From a bacterium (lineage in GTDB: Bacteria; Patescibacteriota; Minisyncoccia; Phycocordibacterales; UBA12088), in contig QKEV01000002.1 of the NCBI GenBank assembly GCA_003252295.1, positions 196 to 64,195 on the forward strand: 64,000 bases of DNA. Direction: 5' to 3'. Positions 27,376 to 38,299 of this stretch are shown piece by piece. Below the pieces are notes generated by a model. It saw only the letters and a list, made by a program, of their open reading frames with translations. It did no database searches and was not told the origin of the DNA. How positions within the stretch are numbered: the stretch's first letter is position 1; every line of letters starts with the position of its first letter. Made by a program: the position numbers and the translations under genes.

Positions 27376-30078
27376 CTACATGTTTGCTATTTTCTTTGGC
27401 TGGATACTACTCTTCCTTGGTCTTCCTCTTCCCTTCTTCACATCGAAAGCAACCTCATCATTCTTCATACTGACCGTTACCACACCACCCTCCTGCACAC
27501 CACTTGTGACAAGCATGGATGCAACCGGTGTGAGTATCTTGTTCTGAATGAGCCGCTTCATTGGTCGTGCTCCGTAGTGTGGATCATACCCTTCTTTTGC
27601 TAACCACTCGACAACATCATCTCCAACATTGAGCGCTATCTCCTTATGCTTGAGACGCTCCACTACGATATTTATCTGTAGTTTTGCAATCTCACGCACC
27701 ACCTCAGGGGTGAGAATGTTAAAGAGTATTATTTCATCAAGACGGTTTAAGAATTCCGGACGGAAGTGATCTTTCAAAGAATCCATCACCTTACCCTTTG
27801 CGTGTGAATAGTCACTCGTATCAGAAGTGTCAACACTGAAGCCCATACGTCCCATTCTGTCGATATGCTCAGCACCGATGTTTGAAGTGAGAATAATGAT
27901 GGAGTTCTTGAAGTTTACCTTTCGTCCTTTGGCATCCGTAAGATGACCATTGTCGAGTACCTGAAGGAGAATGTTAAACACCTCAGGGTGCGCCTTCTCA
28001 ATCTCATCAAAGAGGAGTACTGAGTATGGTCGATGTCGCACTATCTCTGTAAGGTTTCCTCCCTCCTCATGCCCCACGTATCCGGCAGGTGCACCAATAA
28101 TCTTTGAAACACTATGTCGCTCCATGTACTCACTCATATCCACTCGCACGAGCGCATTGTCATTATCGAACATAAACTCAGCAAGTGCTTTTGAGAGCTC
28201 AGTTTTACCAACTCCTGTTGGACCAAGGAGCAAGAATGAGCCAATAGGTCTGTTTGGATCTGCTATACCGGTACGACTCCTACGTACCGCATCAGCTATC
28301 TTCTGTACTGCCTCACTTTGACCTATTACTCGCTTTTCAAGTGCTTCCTCCATACGAGCTAGCTTATGTGCCTCCTCTTCTATCATTCTGGTTACAGGAA
28401 CACCGGTCCACTTAGAGACCACATCTGCTATCTCAACCTCGGTTATCTCTTCTTTCAAGATGCTGCGCTTTTTCTGCAATTTCTTCATACGCTTCACGCT
28501 CACATCAAGCTCTTTTTCTAGAGCAGGAATGGTACCGTAACGGATCTCTGCCGCCTTACTCAAGTCAGCTACTGCTTCGGCACTCTCTGCCTCAACACGC
28601 TTCTGCTCAAGCTCTTTTTTAATGCGTTTTATGTCACCGAGCGTATCTTTCTCATTGGTCCATTTAAGCTCTATTTCTCGGGTTTGTTCCTTGAGTTTTG
28701 ATATCTCACTATCTATCGTATCAATGCGTGTCTGGATCTTCTTACCCTGTGCTGTGGTTTTTGAGGTGCTGTCCAGATCCTTACTAAGTGCCTGCTTCTC
28801 TATCTCAAGACGCATCACGTTTCTATGGGTCTCCTCAAGCTCTGGTGGTTTATTCTCAAGAGAAATACGCAGTGCTGATGCTGCTTCATCTATAAGGTCA
28901 ATTGCCTTGTCTGGCAGGTACCTATCTGAAAGGTAGCGCGCTGAAAGTGTTACCGCAGCAACGATCGCATCATCTGTCACACGTACACCATGGTAGAGCT
29001 CGTAACGCTCACGTAGTCCTCGTAAAATAGCGATACCATCCTCCACAGAAGGTTCGTTCACATAAATTGGCTGGAAACGTCGTGTGAGTGCTGCATCCTT
29101 CTCAAAATGTTTCTGATACTCCTTGATGGTAGTAGCACCAATAACACGAAGCTCACCACGCGCGAGCGCCGGCTTGAGCATGTTTGCAGCATCAATGGAA
29201 CCCTCAGCTGCACCAGCTCCTACAATTGTGTGTATTTCATCGATAAAAAGAATAATATTGCCAGAAGAACGTTCTATCTCACGCATGACACCCTTTAGGC
29301 GCTCTTCAAACTCACCACGATACTTGGTACCAGCAACGAGCATACCAAGATCAAGTGAAACAAGATCCTTACCCTTCAAGCTCTCAGGAACATCCCCTGC
29401 TGCCATTCGCACAGCAAGTCCTTCTGCTATTGCTGTTTTTCCAACTCCTGCCTCACCGATGAGGATAGGATTGTTTTTTGTACGTCGGGAAATGATCTGT
29501 ATGATGCGTGTGATCTCAGTGTCTCGTCCAATAACCGGATCAAGTTTGTTTTCCTTAGCAAGAGAGGTGAGTGACCGTGTGTACTTTGCAAGTGCGCGTG
29601 AACGCTGTGGCTGTACACCCTCCGTATTCTCAGTATCTCGTGCCTCTTTGAGAGCAACAAGCACTGTTTCTCGATCAAACTGAAACTTCTGCAAGACGCC
29701 GCTCGCACCTCCTGGTGTATCAAGGATAGCTAAGAAAAGATGTTCAGTACCAACAAACTGATCATTAAGTGTATTTGCAACCTGACCAGCATTTTCTATA
29801 ACCTGTGCAAGTTCTGGAGTGAGGTACAGCTGGTATGACGGTGAAAGCACCGTTGCATTATCAGGTGACTCAAGTGCGTCAAGAATACTGTCCGTGAGGG
29901 CAATAACATCGACATTAAGTCGTTCAAGTAGTGAGAAAATAACCCCCTCCTCCTGTAGTACAAGAGCAGCAAGCAGGTGTAGCGGATTAACATGGTTCTG
30001 ACCACGTTCTACTGCTAGTTCATGTGAGCGCCGGACTGCCTCCTTTGCTTTTGGTGTGAAGTTTTGAAACGGTACCAT
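27376..30078 (-). CDS. clpB: ATP-dependent chaperone ClpB
   Basis: Clp_N repeats, two AAA+ modules ([15 protein letters not shown]; [15 protein letters not shown]), middle coiled coil. Confidence 0.95.
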   Translation of the reverse strand: MVPFQNFTPKAKEAVRRSHELAVERGQNHVNPLHLLAALVLQEEGVIFSLLERLNVDVIALTDSILDALESPDNATVLSPSYQLYLTPELAQVIENAGQVANTLNDQFVGTEHLFLAILDTPGGASGVLQKFQFDRETVLVALKEARDTENTEGVQPQRSRALAKYTRSLTSLAKENKLDPVIGRDTEITRIIQIISRRTKNNPILIGEAGVGKTAIAEGLAVRMAAGDVPESLKGKDLVSLDLGMLVAGTKYRGEFEERLKGVMREIERSSGNIILFIDEIHTIVGAGAAEGSIDAANMLKPALARGELRVIGATTIKEYQKHFEKDAALTRRFQPIYVNEPSVEDGIAILRGLRERYELYHGVRVTDDAIVAAVTLSARYLSDRYLPDKAIDLIDEAASALRISLENKPPELEETHRNVMRLEIEKQALSKDLDSTSKTTAQGKKIQTRIDTIDSEISKLKEQTREIELKWTNEKDTLGDIKRIKKELEQKRVEAESAEAVADLSKAAEIRYGTIPALEKELDVSVKRMKKLQKKRSILKEEITEVEIADVVSKWTGVPVTRMIEEEAHKLARMEEALEKRVIGQSEAVQKIADAVRRSRTGIADPNRPIGSFLLLGPTGVGKTELSKALAEFMFDNDNALVRVDMSEYMERHSVSKIIGAPAGYVGHEEGGNLTEIVRHRPYSVLLFDEIEKAHPEVFNILLQVLDNGHLTDAKGRKVNFKNSIIILTSNIGAEHIDRMGRMGFSVDTSDTSDYSHAKGKVMDSLKDHFRPEFLNRLDEIILFNILTPEVVREIAKLQINIVVERLKHKEIALNVGDDVVEWLAKEGYDPHYGARPMKRLIQNKILTPVASMLVTSGVQEGGVVTVSMKNDEVAFDVKKGRGRPRKSSIQPKKIANM

Positions 30079-30114
30079 AGTAATTGAAAATTATACCATA
30101 CTAATTGAAAATTG

Positions 30115-31326
30115 CTAGTGTGCTTCTCTGAGCCATTGCACTGTATTAACGACACATTGAGCCACTTTTTCTATTTCATCCTGTGTTGTATGTCTACTCA
30201 ATGTCATACGAAGTGTTCCCGTGGGATCTATCCCTTCCTTATGCAGAGCTTTGATAACATGACTACCTGCACTTGCATCAAATGAGCAAGCGCTGCCTGT
30301 ACTTACCGCAATACCACAAGTATCAAGTTCAATAACCAGCTGTTCTCCCTCGACACCACTGAAGGTAAAGTTTATGTTACCTGCTATCCTTGTATCATCA
30401 AGTGGACCATTTACTACTACATCAGGAATTGCCTTGCGAACGTAGTCGATACACCAATCACGCAATCTTCTACTTTCACTGACGTATGAATCACGCTCTT
30501 CTTCCACAATTCCAAGTGCTGTTGCAAAACCAACAATAAGCGGTGTTGGGGGGGTTCCTGGTCGAAGACCTTGTTCCTGGTTACCTCCGTAGAAAATAGG
30601 TTGAATAGTGTCCATGTCACGAATAAACAGTGCACCTATTCCTTTTGGACCGTACACTTTTTGACTATCAAGTGAAATGAAATCAACACCAAGCGTATCA
30701 ACATGCACCGGAACCCACGTAGGTGCCTGACATGCATCTAGATGAACAAGTGGATATATTGTGTCATGTTCCTTTCTATACTTTCGAACTATTTTCATGA
30801 CAGCTCCAACATCCTGCACCGTACCTATCTCATTGTTGACATGTATGAGAGAAAGCAGGACTGTTTGAGGTGTCATGGCACGCTCTAGTGCTTCTAGATC
30901 TACTTTTCCAATAGTATCTGTTGGTACATAAGTCGCCTGCACCCCATCACGATCTAACATTGAAAATGTATCAAGGACCGAATTGTGTTCAACAGAAGTG
31001 GTGAGTATAGAGATGTCACTCTTTCTGTTTCGAGCAAGGACACGCTCATGTACCACACCTTGGATAGCAAGGTTGTTTGACTCAGTACCTCCTGAGGTAA
31101 AAATAATATTCTCAGGAAGTGCATGTATCACCTCCGCAACTTTTGCTCGTGCCGTATCAACCACCTCTTTTGCCTCTCTCCCCTCCTCGTGTATCGAACC
31201 AGCATTTCCAATAACCTCCCTCCAGCATGGCTCCATAGCAGCAAGCGCACGCTCATCAACAGCTGTGCTGGCGCTATTATCTAAATAGATACGTTTTTCT
31301 TTTGTAGTTTTTTGCTGGGGGCTCAT
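30115..31326 (-). CDS. iscS: cysteine desulfurase (IscS/NifS family)
   Basis: PLP fold; SLDSQKVYGPKGIGALF (PLP-Lys region), GSACS active-site Cys loop. Confidence 0.9.
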   Translation of the reverse strand: MSPQQKTTKEKRIYLDNSASTAVDERALAAMEPCWREVIGNAGSIHEEGREAKEVVDTARAKVAEVIHALPENIIFTSGGTESNNLAIQGVVHERVLARNRKSDISILTTSVEHNSVLDTFSMLDRDGVQATYVPTDTIGKVDLEALERAMTPQTVLLSLIHVNNEIGTVQDVGAVMKIVRKYRKEHDTIYPLVHLDACQAPTWVPVHVDTLGVDFISLDSQKVYGPKGIGALFIRDMDTIQPIFYGGNQEQGLRPGTPPTPLIVGFATALGIVEEERDSYVSESRRLRDWCIDYVRKAIPDVVVNGPLDDTRIAGNINFTFSGVEGEQLVIELDTCGIAVSTGSACSFDASAGSHVIKALHKEGIDPTGTLRMTLSRHTTQDEIEKVAQCVVNTVQWLREAH

Positions 31327-31498
31327 ACGTACTTTCTACATGATACCGTGTTTCTTCTCACTTACACTATTTGTTTCTGTGTATTCCATGTAGGAAATAT
31401 AGACAACATAAACTTTTATTGCATAATGACCCATTCTGGGCTATACTCGGCGGTATCGTAGAAAATATAATTTACCACGATGACACCCAAAAACAAAC

Positions 31499-33013
31499 AT
31501 GCCATCCAAAGAAAACAAACGAATAGTTCGTCCACCTGTGGTTACCGTAATGGGTCATATCGATCATGGTAAATCAACACTCCTCGATTATATCCGTAAA
31601 TCAAAGGTGACCGAGACTGAAGCTGGAGGTATTACACAGCACCTCTCAGCGTATGAGGTAGAGCATACCGACTCTAGTGGTGCAAAACGTCTCATCACCT
31701 TTCTCGACACACCAGGACACGAAGCATTCCAACACCTTCGATCACGTGGTTCGAATGTTGCTGATTTGGCGATCCTTGTTGTTGCAGCAGACGATGGTGT
31801 TAAACCACAAACCCTCGAGGCACTCAAAGCTATCAATGAAGCAGGTATCCCTTTTCTTGTTGCTATCTCAAAAATAGATAAATCAAACGCAGATATCGAA
31901 AAGACAAAAAATAGTCTACTTGAACATGGTATTTACCTAGAAGGAATGGGCGGTGATGTGCCATACGTTCCGATTGACTCAAAGTCAGGTACCGGTATCT
32001 CTGACCTGCTTGACCTTCTTCTTCTCGCAGCAGACCTTGAAGAGCTTACTGGCGACATAACGATACCTGCAACGGGATCCGTGATTGAGTCCCACTGTGA
32101 TGCTAAGCGTGGTATTTCCGCTACACTCATCATTACTGATGGAAAACTCACTACAGGAGAATACATTGTTGCTGGAACAGCATACGCTCCATTACGTATT
32201 GTTGAGAACTTCCTAGGTAAAAAGATCAAAGAAGCACAGTTCTCTTCACCGATCGTAGTAGTTGGTTTTTCAGATAACCCTCCTGTTGGAGAAACATTTT
32301 CTGTGGTAAAAAATAAAAAAGAAGCTATTGAACTCACCAAGAAAAATGCAGAGCTAGCAAAAACACACAACCACATGGAAACATTTTCTGAAGATGATGG
32401 TCGTTTTTGCCTACCTGTTATTCTCAAAAGTGATGTTGTAGGTTCTATTGATGCTATCAAACATGAGCTTCGTAAAAAAGAGGGTGAGCGTACACATATA
32501 CACGTCATACACGAAGGTGTCGGAAGTATTGCAGAGGGTGATATAAAGTATGCAAGTGGAAATAAAAAGACAATTATCATTGGTTTCAATGTTGGCACTG
32601 ATGCAGCAGCAAAAGAACTTGCTGAAAGGATGGGGGTAGAAATAGCCACCTTTTCGATTATTTACGATCTTGCTGACTGGCTCGATGGTGCCATAGAGAC
32701 ACGACGACCAAAGGTGAAAAGTGAAAAAGAACTTGGTTTCGGCAAAATCCTCAAAAGCTTTAGTTTTACAAAAAAGACACAGACTGTTGGATGTCGAGTT
32801 GAACGTGGTGAGTTTACGAGTGGCGACAAAATAGTGGTACGTCACGGTGAAGAAGAAATTGGACGCGGAAAGATTGTATCTCTTAAATCTGGTGCTACTG
32901 ACGCCTCAAAAATACTGTCTGGCAACGATTGTGGGCTCGTGATGGAGGTGTCACTCGAACATGAACCGGTATACAACGACACAATCACTTCTTACATCAT
33001 AACTGAAGAGTAG
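31499..33013 (+). CDS. infB: translation initiation factor IF-2 (short form lacking N-terminal domains)
   Basis: VVTVMGHIDHGKSTLLD G1, DTPGHEAF G3, NKID G4. Confidence 0.9.
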   Translation: MPSKENKRIVRPPVVTVMGHIDHGKSTLLDYIRKSKVTETEAGGITQHLSAYEVEHTDSSGAKRLITFLDTPGHEAFQHLRSRGSNVADLAILVVAADDGVKPQTLEALKAINEAGIPFLVAISKIDKSNADIEKTKNSLLEHGIYLEGMGGDVPYVPIDSKSGTGISDLLDLLLLAADLEELTGDITIPATGSVIESHCDAKRGISATLIITDGKLTTGEYIVAGTAYAPLRIVENFLGKKIKEAQFSSPIVVVGFSDNPPVGETFSVVKNKKEAIELTKKNAELAKTHNHMETFSEDDGRFCLPVILKSDVVGSIDAIKHELRKKEGERTHIHVIHEGVGSIAEGDIKYASGNKKTIIIGFNVGTDAAAKELAERMGVEIATFSIIYDLADWLDGAIETRRPKVKSEKELGFGKILKSFSFTKKTQTVGCRVERGEFTSGDKIVVRHGEEEIGRGKIVSLKSGATDASKILSGNDCGLVMEVSLEHEPVYNDTITSYIITEE

Positions 33014-33014
33014 T

Positions 33015-33335
33015 ATGGAACGACAGAGAGACATTACTCTTGCACAACACCTACAGGAACTTGCTGCAGACTTCATAAACCTCAACTCAAATAAGACCTC
33101 TCTTATTACGATTACCAACACAAAGCTTGCAGAAAGAAACAGTAAGGTGACGTTCTATGTTTCAGTATTCCCAGAGGATGCTGAAGGTCCTGCGTTAGGT
33201 TTTCTCATGCGCAAACGCGGTGACTGCAAGCAGTACCTAAAAGAGAAATCTCGTATCAGTACTGTCCCGCATGTTGAATTTGCACTCGATGAAGGCGAGA
33301 AAAATCGACAACGTATAGACACATTGCTACGTTAA
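33015..33335 (+). CDS. rbfA: ribosome-binding factor A
   Basis: ~106 aa, immediately after infB; KH-like RbfA pattern ITITNTKLAERNSKVTFYVSV. Confidence 0.75.
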   Translation: MERQRDITLAQHLQELAADFINLNSNKTSLITITNTKLAERNSKVTFYVSVFPEDAEGPALGFLMRKRGDCKQYLKEKSRISTVPHVEFALDEGEKNRQRIDTLLR

Positions 33336-33363
33336 AACTGAGCTAAAGGAAAACTCAGTGTAA

Positions 33364-34395
33364 TCAGCTTGTTTTGATATCTCTATCCACGAGCCACTTT
33401 CCTAGTGCCACTGATAGCACAGCAAAAGGAATTGCAACCACATAATCAATAAAGTAGTGCTGGGCAAAAAATACCCCTCCAGTCAGCATCAGAACCAGCC
33501 AGGTGGACGACAGCGCCAATGTTCGTCTGTTATACATAAAGAGTATCAGTGCACAAATGTATCCCCATATGGCATGCATACTTGGAAAACAACTTATTGG
33601 CACAACAGGATCACCACTACCACAATAGTTTCTTTCAGATTTTTGAAGATCAGAAATATATTTGCCAGCAAGTGCCTCATCCTTTGGGTACTGAGAAATG
33701 GTTCCTTGTATTTCTGTAGGAATTTCATTCTGGTGGATATTGTCAAAAAAGTAGTTTCCAGGATCTAAGCAAGGAAAATTAATAAAAAAAGGAGTTGGTA
33801 GATAAAACCCAAGTATGAGTGCTATAAATAAAATTCTAAACAAATACTCCCTTGAAACAAAGAAGAAATAGAAGAAAAGAAATATGGCAACATAAAGTAA
33901 ACTTGCATACATCGTCCAAAGTATTTCTGTTGCCCAAAAGTTTCCAATAATCTCTGGTAATGTTAAAAAAGGCTGAAACCCAAGTACCGTTTGATCCATT
34001 TTCCAAAAAAGAATATCGGCTGCATTTTGCTGAAACAAAATACTAGCTTTTGTTATAAAAGCCATTGATGGTAAAAAGGTGATGCACGCTAGAATAAAAA
34101 AGTGAAGAAATACTGACGCAGTTTTACGCATTGTATCCTTGTTATACGTGATCAAGTTTCCTTTCAAAAATTTTTTTGAAAGGAAACTTGTGAGAAGAAT
34201 GAAGGTTAAAGAAAAAACAACTACACACAACAATAAAAAAATATAAAAACCTAAACTTTTAGGGAGACTAAATGAGATATACCTCAATACTGGAAAAACA
34301 GAATCAAAGAATGAAAAATTAAGACCATCCAATGCAAAAATAAAACTGCTATAAGCAAGAAATACACCTATACAGAGTATGTCCTCAATACGCAT
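33364..34395 (-). CDS. PAP2-superfamily integral membrane protein
   Basis: Multi-TM; CFPSMHA (PSGH-like) and AQHYFIDYV (SRx5Hx3D-like) motifs. Confidence 0.5.
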   Translation of the reverse strand: MRIEDILCIGVFLAYSSFIFALDGLNFSFFDSVFPVLRYISFSLPKSLGFYIFLLLCVVVFSLTFILLTSFLSKKFLKGNLITYNKDTMRKTASVFLHFFILACITFLPSMAFITKASILFQQNAADILFWKMDQTVLGFQPFLTLPEIIGNFWATEILWTMYASLLYVAIFLFFYFFFVSREYLFRILFIALILGFYLPTPFFINFPCLDPGNYFFDNIHQNEIPTEIQGTISQYPKDEALAGKYISDLQKSERNYCGSGDPVVPISCFPSMHAIWGYICALILFMYNRRTLALSSTWLVLMLTGGVFFAQHYFIDYVVAIPFAVLSVALGKWLVDRDIKTS

Positions 34396-34543
34396 ACCTA
34401 ACCATTATTACATGATTCTCTCAAACTCAATTAATCTGCTCGATAAAGTGGTGTATAAAATAGACACTTGTTATATATATGTATATTTGATACCTTGTGT
34501 ATCAATAATCCCGCAAATACGATACAATTGTACGGGTACATAC

Positions 34544-34615
34544 GGCCTGGTGGCGAAGTGGTAACGCTTCGGTCTGCAAAACCGACATGCGCGGGTTCGA
34601 TTCCCGCCCAGGCCT
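34544..34615 (+). tRNA. tRNA-Cys(GCA)
   Basis: GGCCTGG/CCAGGCC acceptor, anticodon arm TCGGT-CTGCAAA-ACCGA. Confidence 0.85.
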
Positions 34616-34664
34616 CAAAAGACTTTGAATAATTGGTGTTTTCTAGTATTCTTTGTCATAGTTT

Positions 34665-34746
34665 GCCCGGGTGGCGGAACTGGTATACGCGCACGACTTA
34701 AAATCGTGTCCCTCACGGGATGCGGGTTCGATTCCCGCCCCGGGCA
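34665..34746 (+). tRNA. tRNA-Leu(UAA), type II
   Basis: GCCCGGG/CCCGGGC acceptor, anticodon arm CACGA-CTTAAAA-TCGTG. Confidence 0.85.
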
Positions 34747-34912
34747 CAAGTTTTGAACAAAGTGAAAAACTTTGTTTGGGGTGGAAATCGAACGTTGGAA
34801 GGGGTCGGGAAACCTGTAGGTTTCCCGTATAGGAGAGCAGTGAACGACAGTGAACGCTGAGAACCGTGGGTTCTTAGAGAGCGACGTAAGGAGCGAGTGA
34901 GATAGCAAAGCG
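34747..34912 (+). mobile_element. family-B miniature insert downstream of tRNA-Leu(UAA)
   Basis: gtataggagagcagtgaacgacagtgaacgctgagaaccgtgggttcttagagagcgacgtaaggagcgagtgag; left end ggggtggaaatcgaacg. Confidence 0.55.
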
Positions 34913-34927
34913 TCCCGCCCCGGGCAC
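34913..34927 (+). repeat. partial duplicate of tRNA-Leu(UAA) 3' end (att-like)
   Basis: cccgccccgggcaca identical to tRNA 3' end. Confidence 0.7.
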
Positions 34928-34960
34928 AAACTTACGAACGAGTGCATTAAAATAACAAAA

Positions 34961-34994
34961 ATCCAGTACATTTCACATATGAAATGTACTGGAT
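34961..34994. terminator. terminator of MVP gene: 15-bp perfect hairpin
   Basis: atccagtacatttca-cat-atgaaatgtactggat followed on minus strand by TTTTGTTATTTT. Confidence 0.7.
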
Positions 34995-35028
34995 AATATA
35001 ATGAACCTCCTAGTATATAGTGTTGTAA

Positions 35029-38000
35029 CTACTCAGTTTGAGAAGTTGTTGAATGTTCAGCAATCACTTTTTGATCGCTAGGTATAAGTCGCTTGAGTGC
35101 CCTTCCAAACTTGCTATCAATACCAACAAAATCTGTTAATGCCTTGATACCACCACCGCCAAGCAGGAGACTCAGGCCACCATCATGCTGAGGAAGCTTT
35201 TCTGCAAGCACCTTCATGAGTTCAGATTCGGAAACTGCCTCCAACGCAGCAATAAGCTGCGGCTGCAATGCAGAAAGACGATCTTTGTCTGCTCCAGCCA
35301 ACGCTGTAGCAATGGCAATTTCAATCTTTGATAACGCTTCCTTTTGTTGTGCCACCTGCGCGTCACTTGCTGTAGTAATCTTAAGGGTATTTTCAGCATC
35401 TGCGGCTCGCTGCTTACGTGCTGCTTCAGCAAGTACATCTTGATGTGCTTGTTCTTTTTTAGCACGATCATGGTCAGCTTTCTGTGCATCATCGTTCAAC
35501 TTATGAGATAACTGTAACGCTGTGCTTCTTGTAACATGATCACTCTGTTCCCTCGTAAGAGCAAGTTCAGTTTTTCGAACAACTTCAGCTGTATCAAGCA
35601 TCGCTTTCTCTTCAGCAATACCTGCACGCAACTTATCTGAATCAAGTTGTGCTTGTGCTGCTACATCGCCGATCTTCAAGGTGGCAATCGTCCGGTTGGC
35701 ATCTTCTAGCTGACTTGCAATATGAACATCAGGAATTTTGTACGTAAGTACCTCAACCTCATCGATCATCATATCGTTGTCAGCAAATAGCATGCCAGGT
35801 CTGGGATTATCACCTTCTTTTGGACCTAATACAGTATCACGAATTACTTCGGTCATTGATGGATACAACTCATGCAACGTCATAGTGCGCGCTTTTGCTC
35901 GCAACACACTGCGTATATGTTGCACCATAACCGCAATATAATTTTTGTGCGTAAACCAGTTAATCTTTTGAAGATCGTTATTACCAACAAAGTGTAACCC
36001 GAAGGAAAGATCAACTACAATACTTACAAAATCCTTCGTTTCCAAGTTAACCTGATCAGTAATACGATTTCCCTTCATCCTTAAAAAACAAGTTTCCAGG
36101 TGACCATCATCTGACTTGGGACGACCGGTTGAAAGTTCCAGTCTTTCCAGCACCTCATCATGCTTGAGAAGCACTGTCTCCGGACCAACAACACAGCGTT
36201 GCCCTCTTCGTCCAGTAATAAGAATGGCCTTATTTGATGGTACAGGTATTGATACTGCCCACGGTGTCACAACACCATCTTGTAGTTGTGACACTTTTTT
36301 GTGTGGCTCATTTTCACCAACCCATAAATTCCAGTTAGCACCAGAGATTGACCTTTTATAGTGACGCTGTCTGCGCGGGTCAATCAGTACAGCTTTCGGA
36401 CCAGAGACCAACTGAACTTCACCGCTCTGCATGTCCTCTACATAAACACCTGACTTCCCGTCCACCGGTATTGCAGTAACAAAAACTGTTGTGTGATCAT
36501 TACCAATATGCGGCTTGTTTGTCGTCGGGTCGATAATGTCAAATGATGCCTGCGGTACAATATATGCCTGCACCCCATGCACAAAGAGCTCATCACCCTT
36601 CGAATACAGACTTTTTTCTTCAACACCTTTTACCCCAACAGGCAACAAGGTCTCAAGGTCATCCCTGTTGATGGAAGTAGCTGTAATACGAAGCAACAAA
36701 CCACTTTCCAAAGTCATGTGGTATGCATCGTACACTCGATTGCGAGAACCTTCCTCACGAAAACGATCATACGGACCAGGGAAAACCCTCCCTGGACCGG
36801 CAACCGGCTGTGGTTGACCTTCTTCATTCAGGAGTACACAGAATTCTGCCGGACTCAACACAACCGCCTGACGAACAACATTGATTTTTACATCTCTTGG
36901 CGGTATTTTTTTTATGGCACCGGCACGTTCAGGTTTACTTACACCATACCGGGACATAAAGAGCTCCATCTCATTACGTTTCAACACCTCAAACAGTGCT
37001 TCTCGTAGAGCTCTGGTTGTGTTTCCGTACTTATCATACTTACTTCGGTAGGTACGCATCACTTCGCTATACTTCCGATACAGGTCAGCGTTCTCCAGAG
37101 CATCATCGAGTGTACGAGATGTAATATCTTCATTGTCTATCAACCTGGTAAGTCTATCCTTGAAAAAACCATCTACATACTCCTCCTCATCTGTGGTTGA
37201 ACCATCATCACCAGAAAGTGTATCTGATGCCTCTTGCACAACCTCTGTACCAGTTGGTGGTATAAAGGTCTGGGTTTTGCTACCAGGTATAATCACCAAC
37301 TCACCGGGACGAAAATGATACGGTCCACTACTCCCAATTCCGGCACCACCCTTTTCCAAACTATCAATATCCGTTGAACCTGTACCAGCTTGACCGGGTA
37401 CATTACCTGGTCCGCCATCAGTACCGCCCTCCCCGGTTTTTTCATCAGAAGGAGGTGATTCTTGATCTCCTTCTTCTGTTTCCGTTTCGCCAGGTCCTGT
37501 TTTTTTGCCAGCATTGACATCCTTTGCATCATCAACAACAGCTGCCTTGATCTGGGCACAAGCAACGAGTAACGAGTAGTACGGTGCCTGCACATCAACA
37601 TCCTCTGGTGATACAACCTTGACCAACAAGTACTGGTTTGAACCAAGTACATGGACATCACGTACTTCGATTTCCTGATGTGGCCAAAGTGGAAAATGTC
37701 CACGGGCAACAACAGACATCTTACCAAACTTAAGATCAATAAGTTCCTGTTTCCCAGCACGCCAAGTACCATTAGGAAAGTTGTCACTCACTCCACCAGC
37801 AGCAGGGTTCTTAATTACCGCATACTGCTGTGGTCCAAGTGTAACAAACGGCTGAATAGCTGAAGATAAATCAGTTTCATCAGCAACTTCCAACCGTGTC
37901 CCATCGTCATTATTTGGCAAGAGTGGTTTATCATCACCAGTCAGCTTATCCAAGGGGTCTGGTCCAAAAAATATACCCAGTTTCCCTTGTTTCGTATCCA

Positions 38001-38043
38001 TCGTCCACAGAACTTCATTTGGTCCCAGCGCTCTTTTGCTCAT
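35029..38043 (-). CDS. major vault protein (MVP) homolog, 1004 aa
   Basis: LERLELSTGRPK...DFVSIVVDLSFGLHF matches eukaryotic MVP shoulder motif (FTVLSLSAGRPK...LQLQLAYNWHF); N-terminal MVP-repeat motif HFPLWPHQEIE (cf. PFPLYPGEVLE); C-terminal Ala/Gln/Lys-rich cap-helix coiled coil; Gly/Thr/Asp-rich disordered insertion. Confidence 0.8.
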   Translation of the reverse strand: MSKRALGPNEVLWTMDTKQGKLGIFFGPDPLDKLTGDDKPLLPNNDDGTRLEVADETDLSSAIQPFVTLGPQQYAVIKNPAAGGVSDNFPNGTWRAGKQELIDLKFGKMSVVARGHFPLWPHQEIEVRDVHVLGSNQYLLVKVVSPEDVDVQAPYYSLLVACAQIKAAVVDDAKDVNAGKKTGPGETETEEGDQESPPSDEKTGEGGTDGGPGNVPGQAGTGSTDIDSLEKGGAGIGSSGPYHFRPGELVIIPGSKTQTFIPPTGTEVVQEASDTLSGDDGSTTDEEEYVDGFFKDRLTRLIDNEDITSRTLDDALENADLYRKYSEVMRTYRSKYDKYGNTTRALREALFEVLKRNEMELFMSRYGVSKPERAGAIKKIPPRDVKINVVRQAVVLSPAEFCVLLNEEGQPQPVAGPGRVFPGPYDRFREEGSRNRVYDAYHMTLESGLLLRITATSINRDDLETLLPVGVKGVEEKSLYSKGDELFVHGVQAYIVPQASFDIIDPTTNKPHIGNDHTTVFVTAIPVDGKSGVYVEDMQSGEVQLVSGPKAVLIDPRRQRHYKRSISGANWNLWVGENEPHKKVSQLQDGVVTPWAVSIPVPSNKAILITGRRGQRCVVGPETVLLKHDEVLERLELSTGRPKSDDGHLETCFLRMKGNRITDQVNLETKDFVSIVVDLSFGLHFVGNNDLQKINWFTHKNYIAVMVQHIRSVLRAKARTMTLHELYPSMTEVIRDTVLGPKEGDNPRPGMLFADNDMMIDEVEVLTYKIPDVHIASQLEDANRTIATLKIGDVAAQAQLDSDKLRAGIAEEKAMLDTAEVVRKTELALTREQSDHVTRSTALQLSHKLNDDAQKADHDRAKKEQAHQDVLAEAARKQRAADAENTLKITTASDAQVAQQKEALSKIEIAIATALAGADKDRLSALQPQLIAALEAVSESELMKVLAEKLPQHDGGLSLLLGGGGIKALTDFVGIDSKFGRALKRLIPSDQKVIAEHSTTSQTE

Positions 38044-38299
38044 CAGTTTTTTCCTCCGCTCATTTTTTGCAACTTATTCTTTTTTCAAACATCACCTATA
38101 CCAGTAACAAGTACCTGATTAATATTACCAAGTAACATTAATCAGTACCTGTAACAAAACGAATGTAATTTACATATTTTTTCTATATTTGTCAAGGTTT
38201 GTGGCCATAATACGTAATACAGGTGGCAAGAAAAAATGTATACTTCCAATATCTATGCAAACAATATTACAAAGCAGAGGAACAAGTAATATTGGTTGT

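Noticed and set aside
27971-29683. Antisense ORFs inside clpB (27971..28321, 28622..28936, 29123..29683) and similar shadow ORFs inside infB (31933..32649, 32411..32845), MVP (36577..37008, 37293..37787), gyrA (43708..45107 series), groEL (57319..57777, 58411..58857), ftsI, murF and rsmH
   Set aside because: They lie opposite well-supported conserved genes, have low-complexity Ser/Arg/Pro-rich composition and no RBS; typical shadow ORFs.
34615-34971. ORF 34615..34971(-) 118 aa
   Set aside because: Covers tRNA-Leu(UAA), the family-B insert and the partial tRNA copy; artefact.
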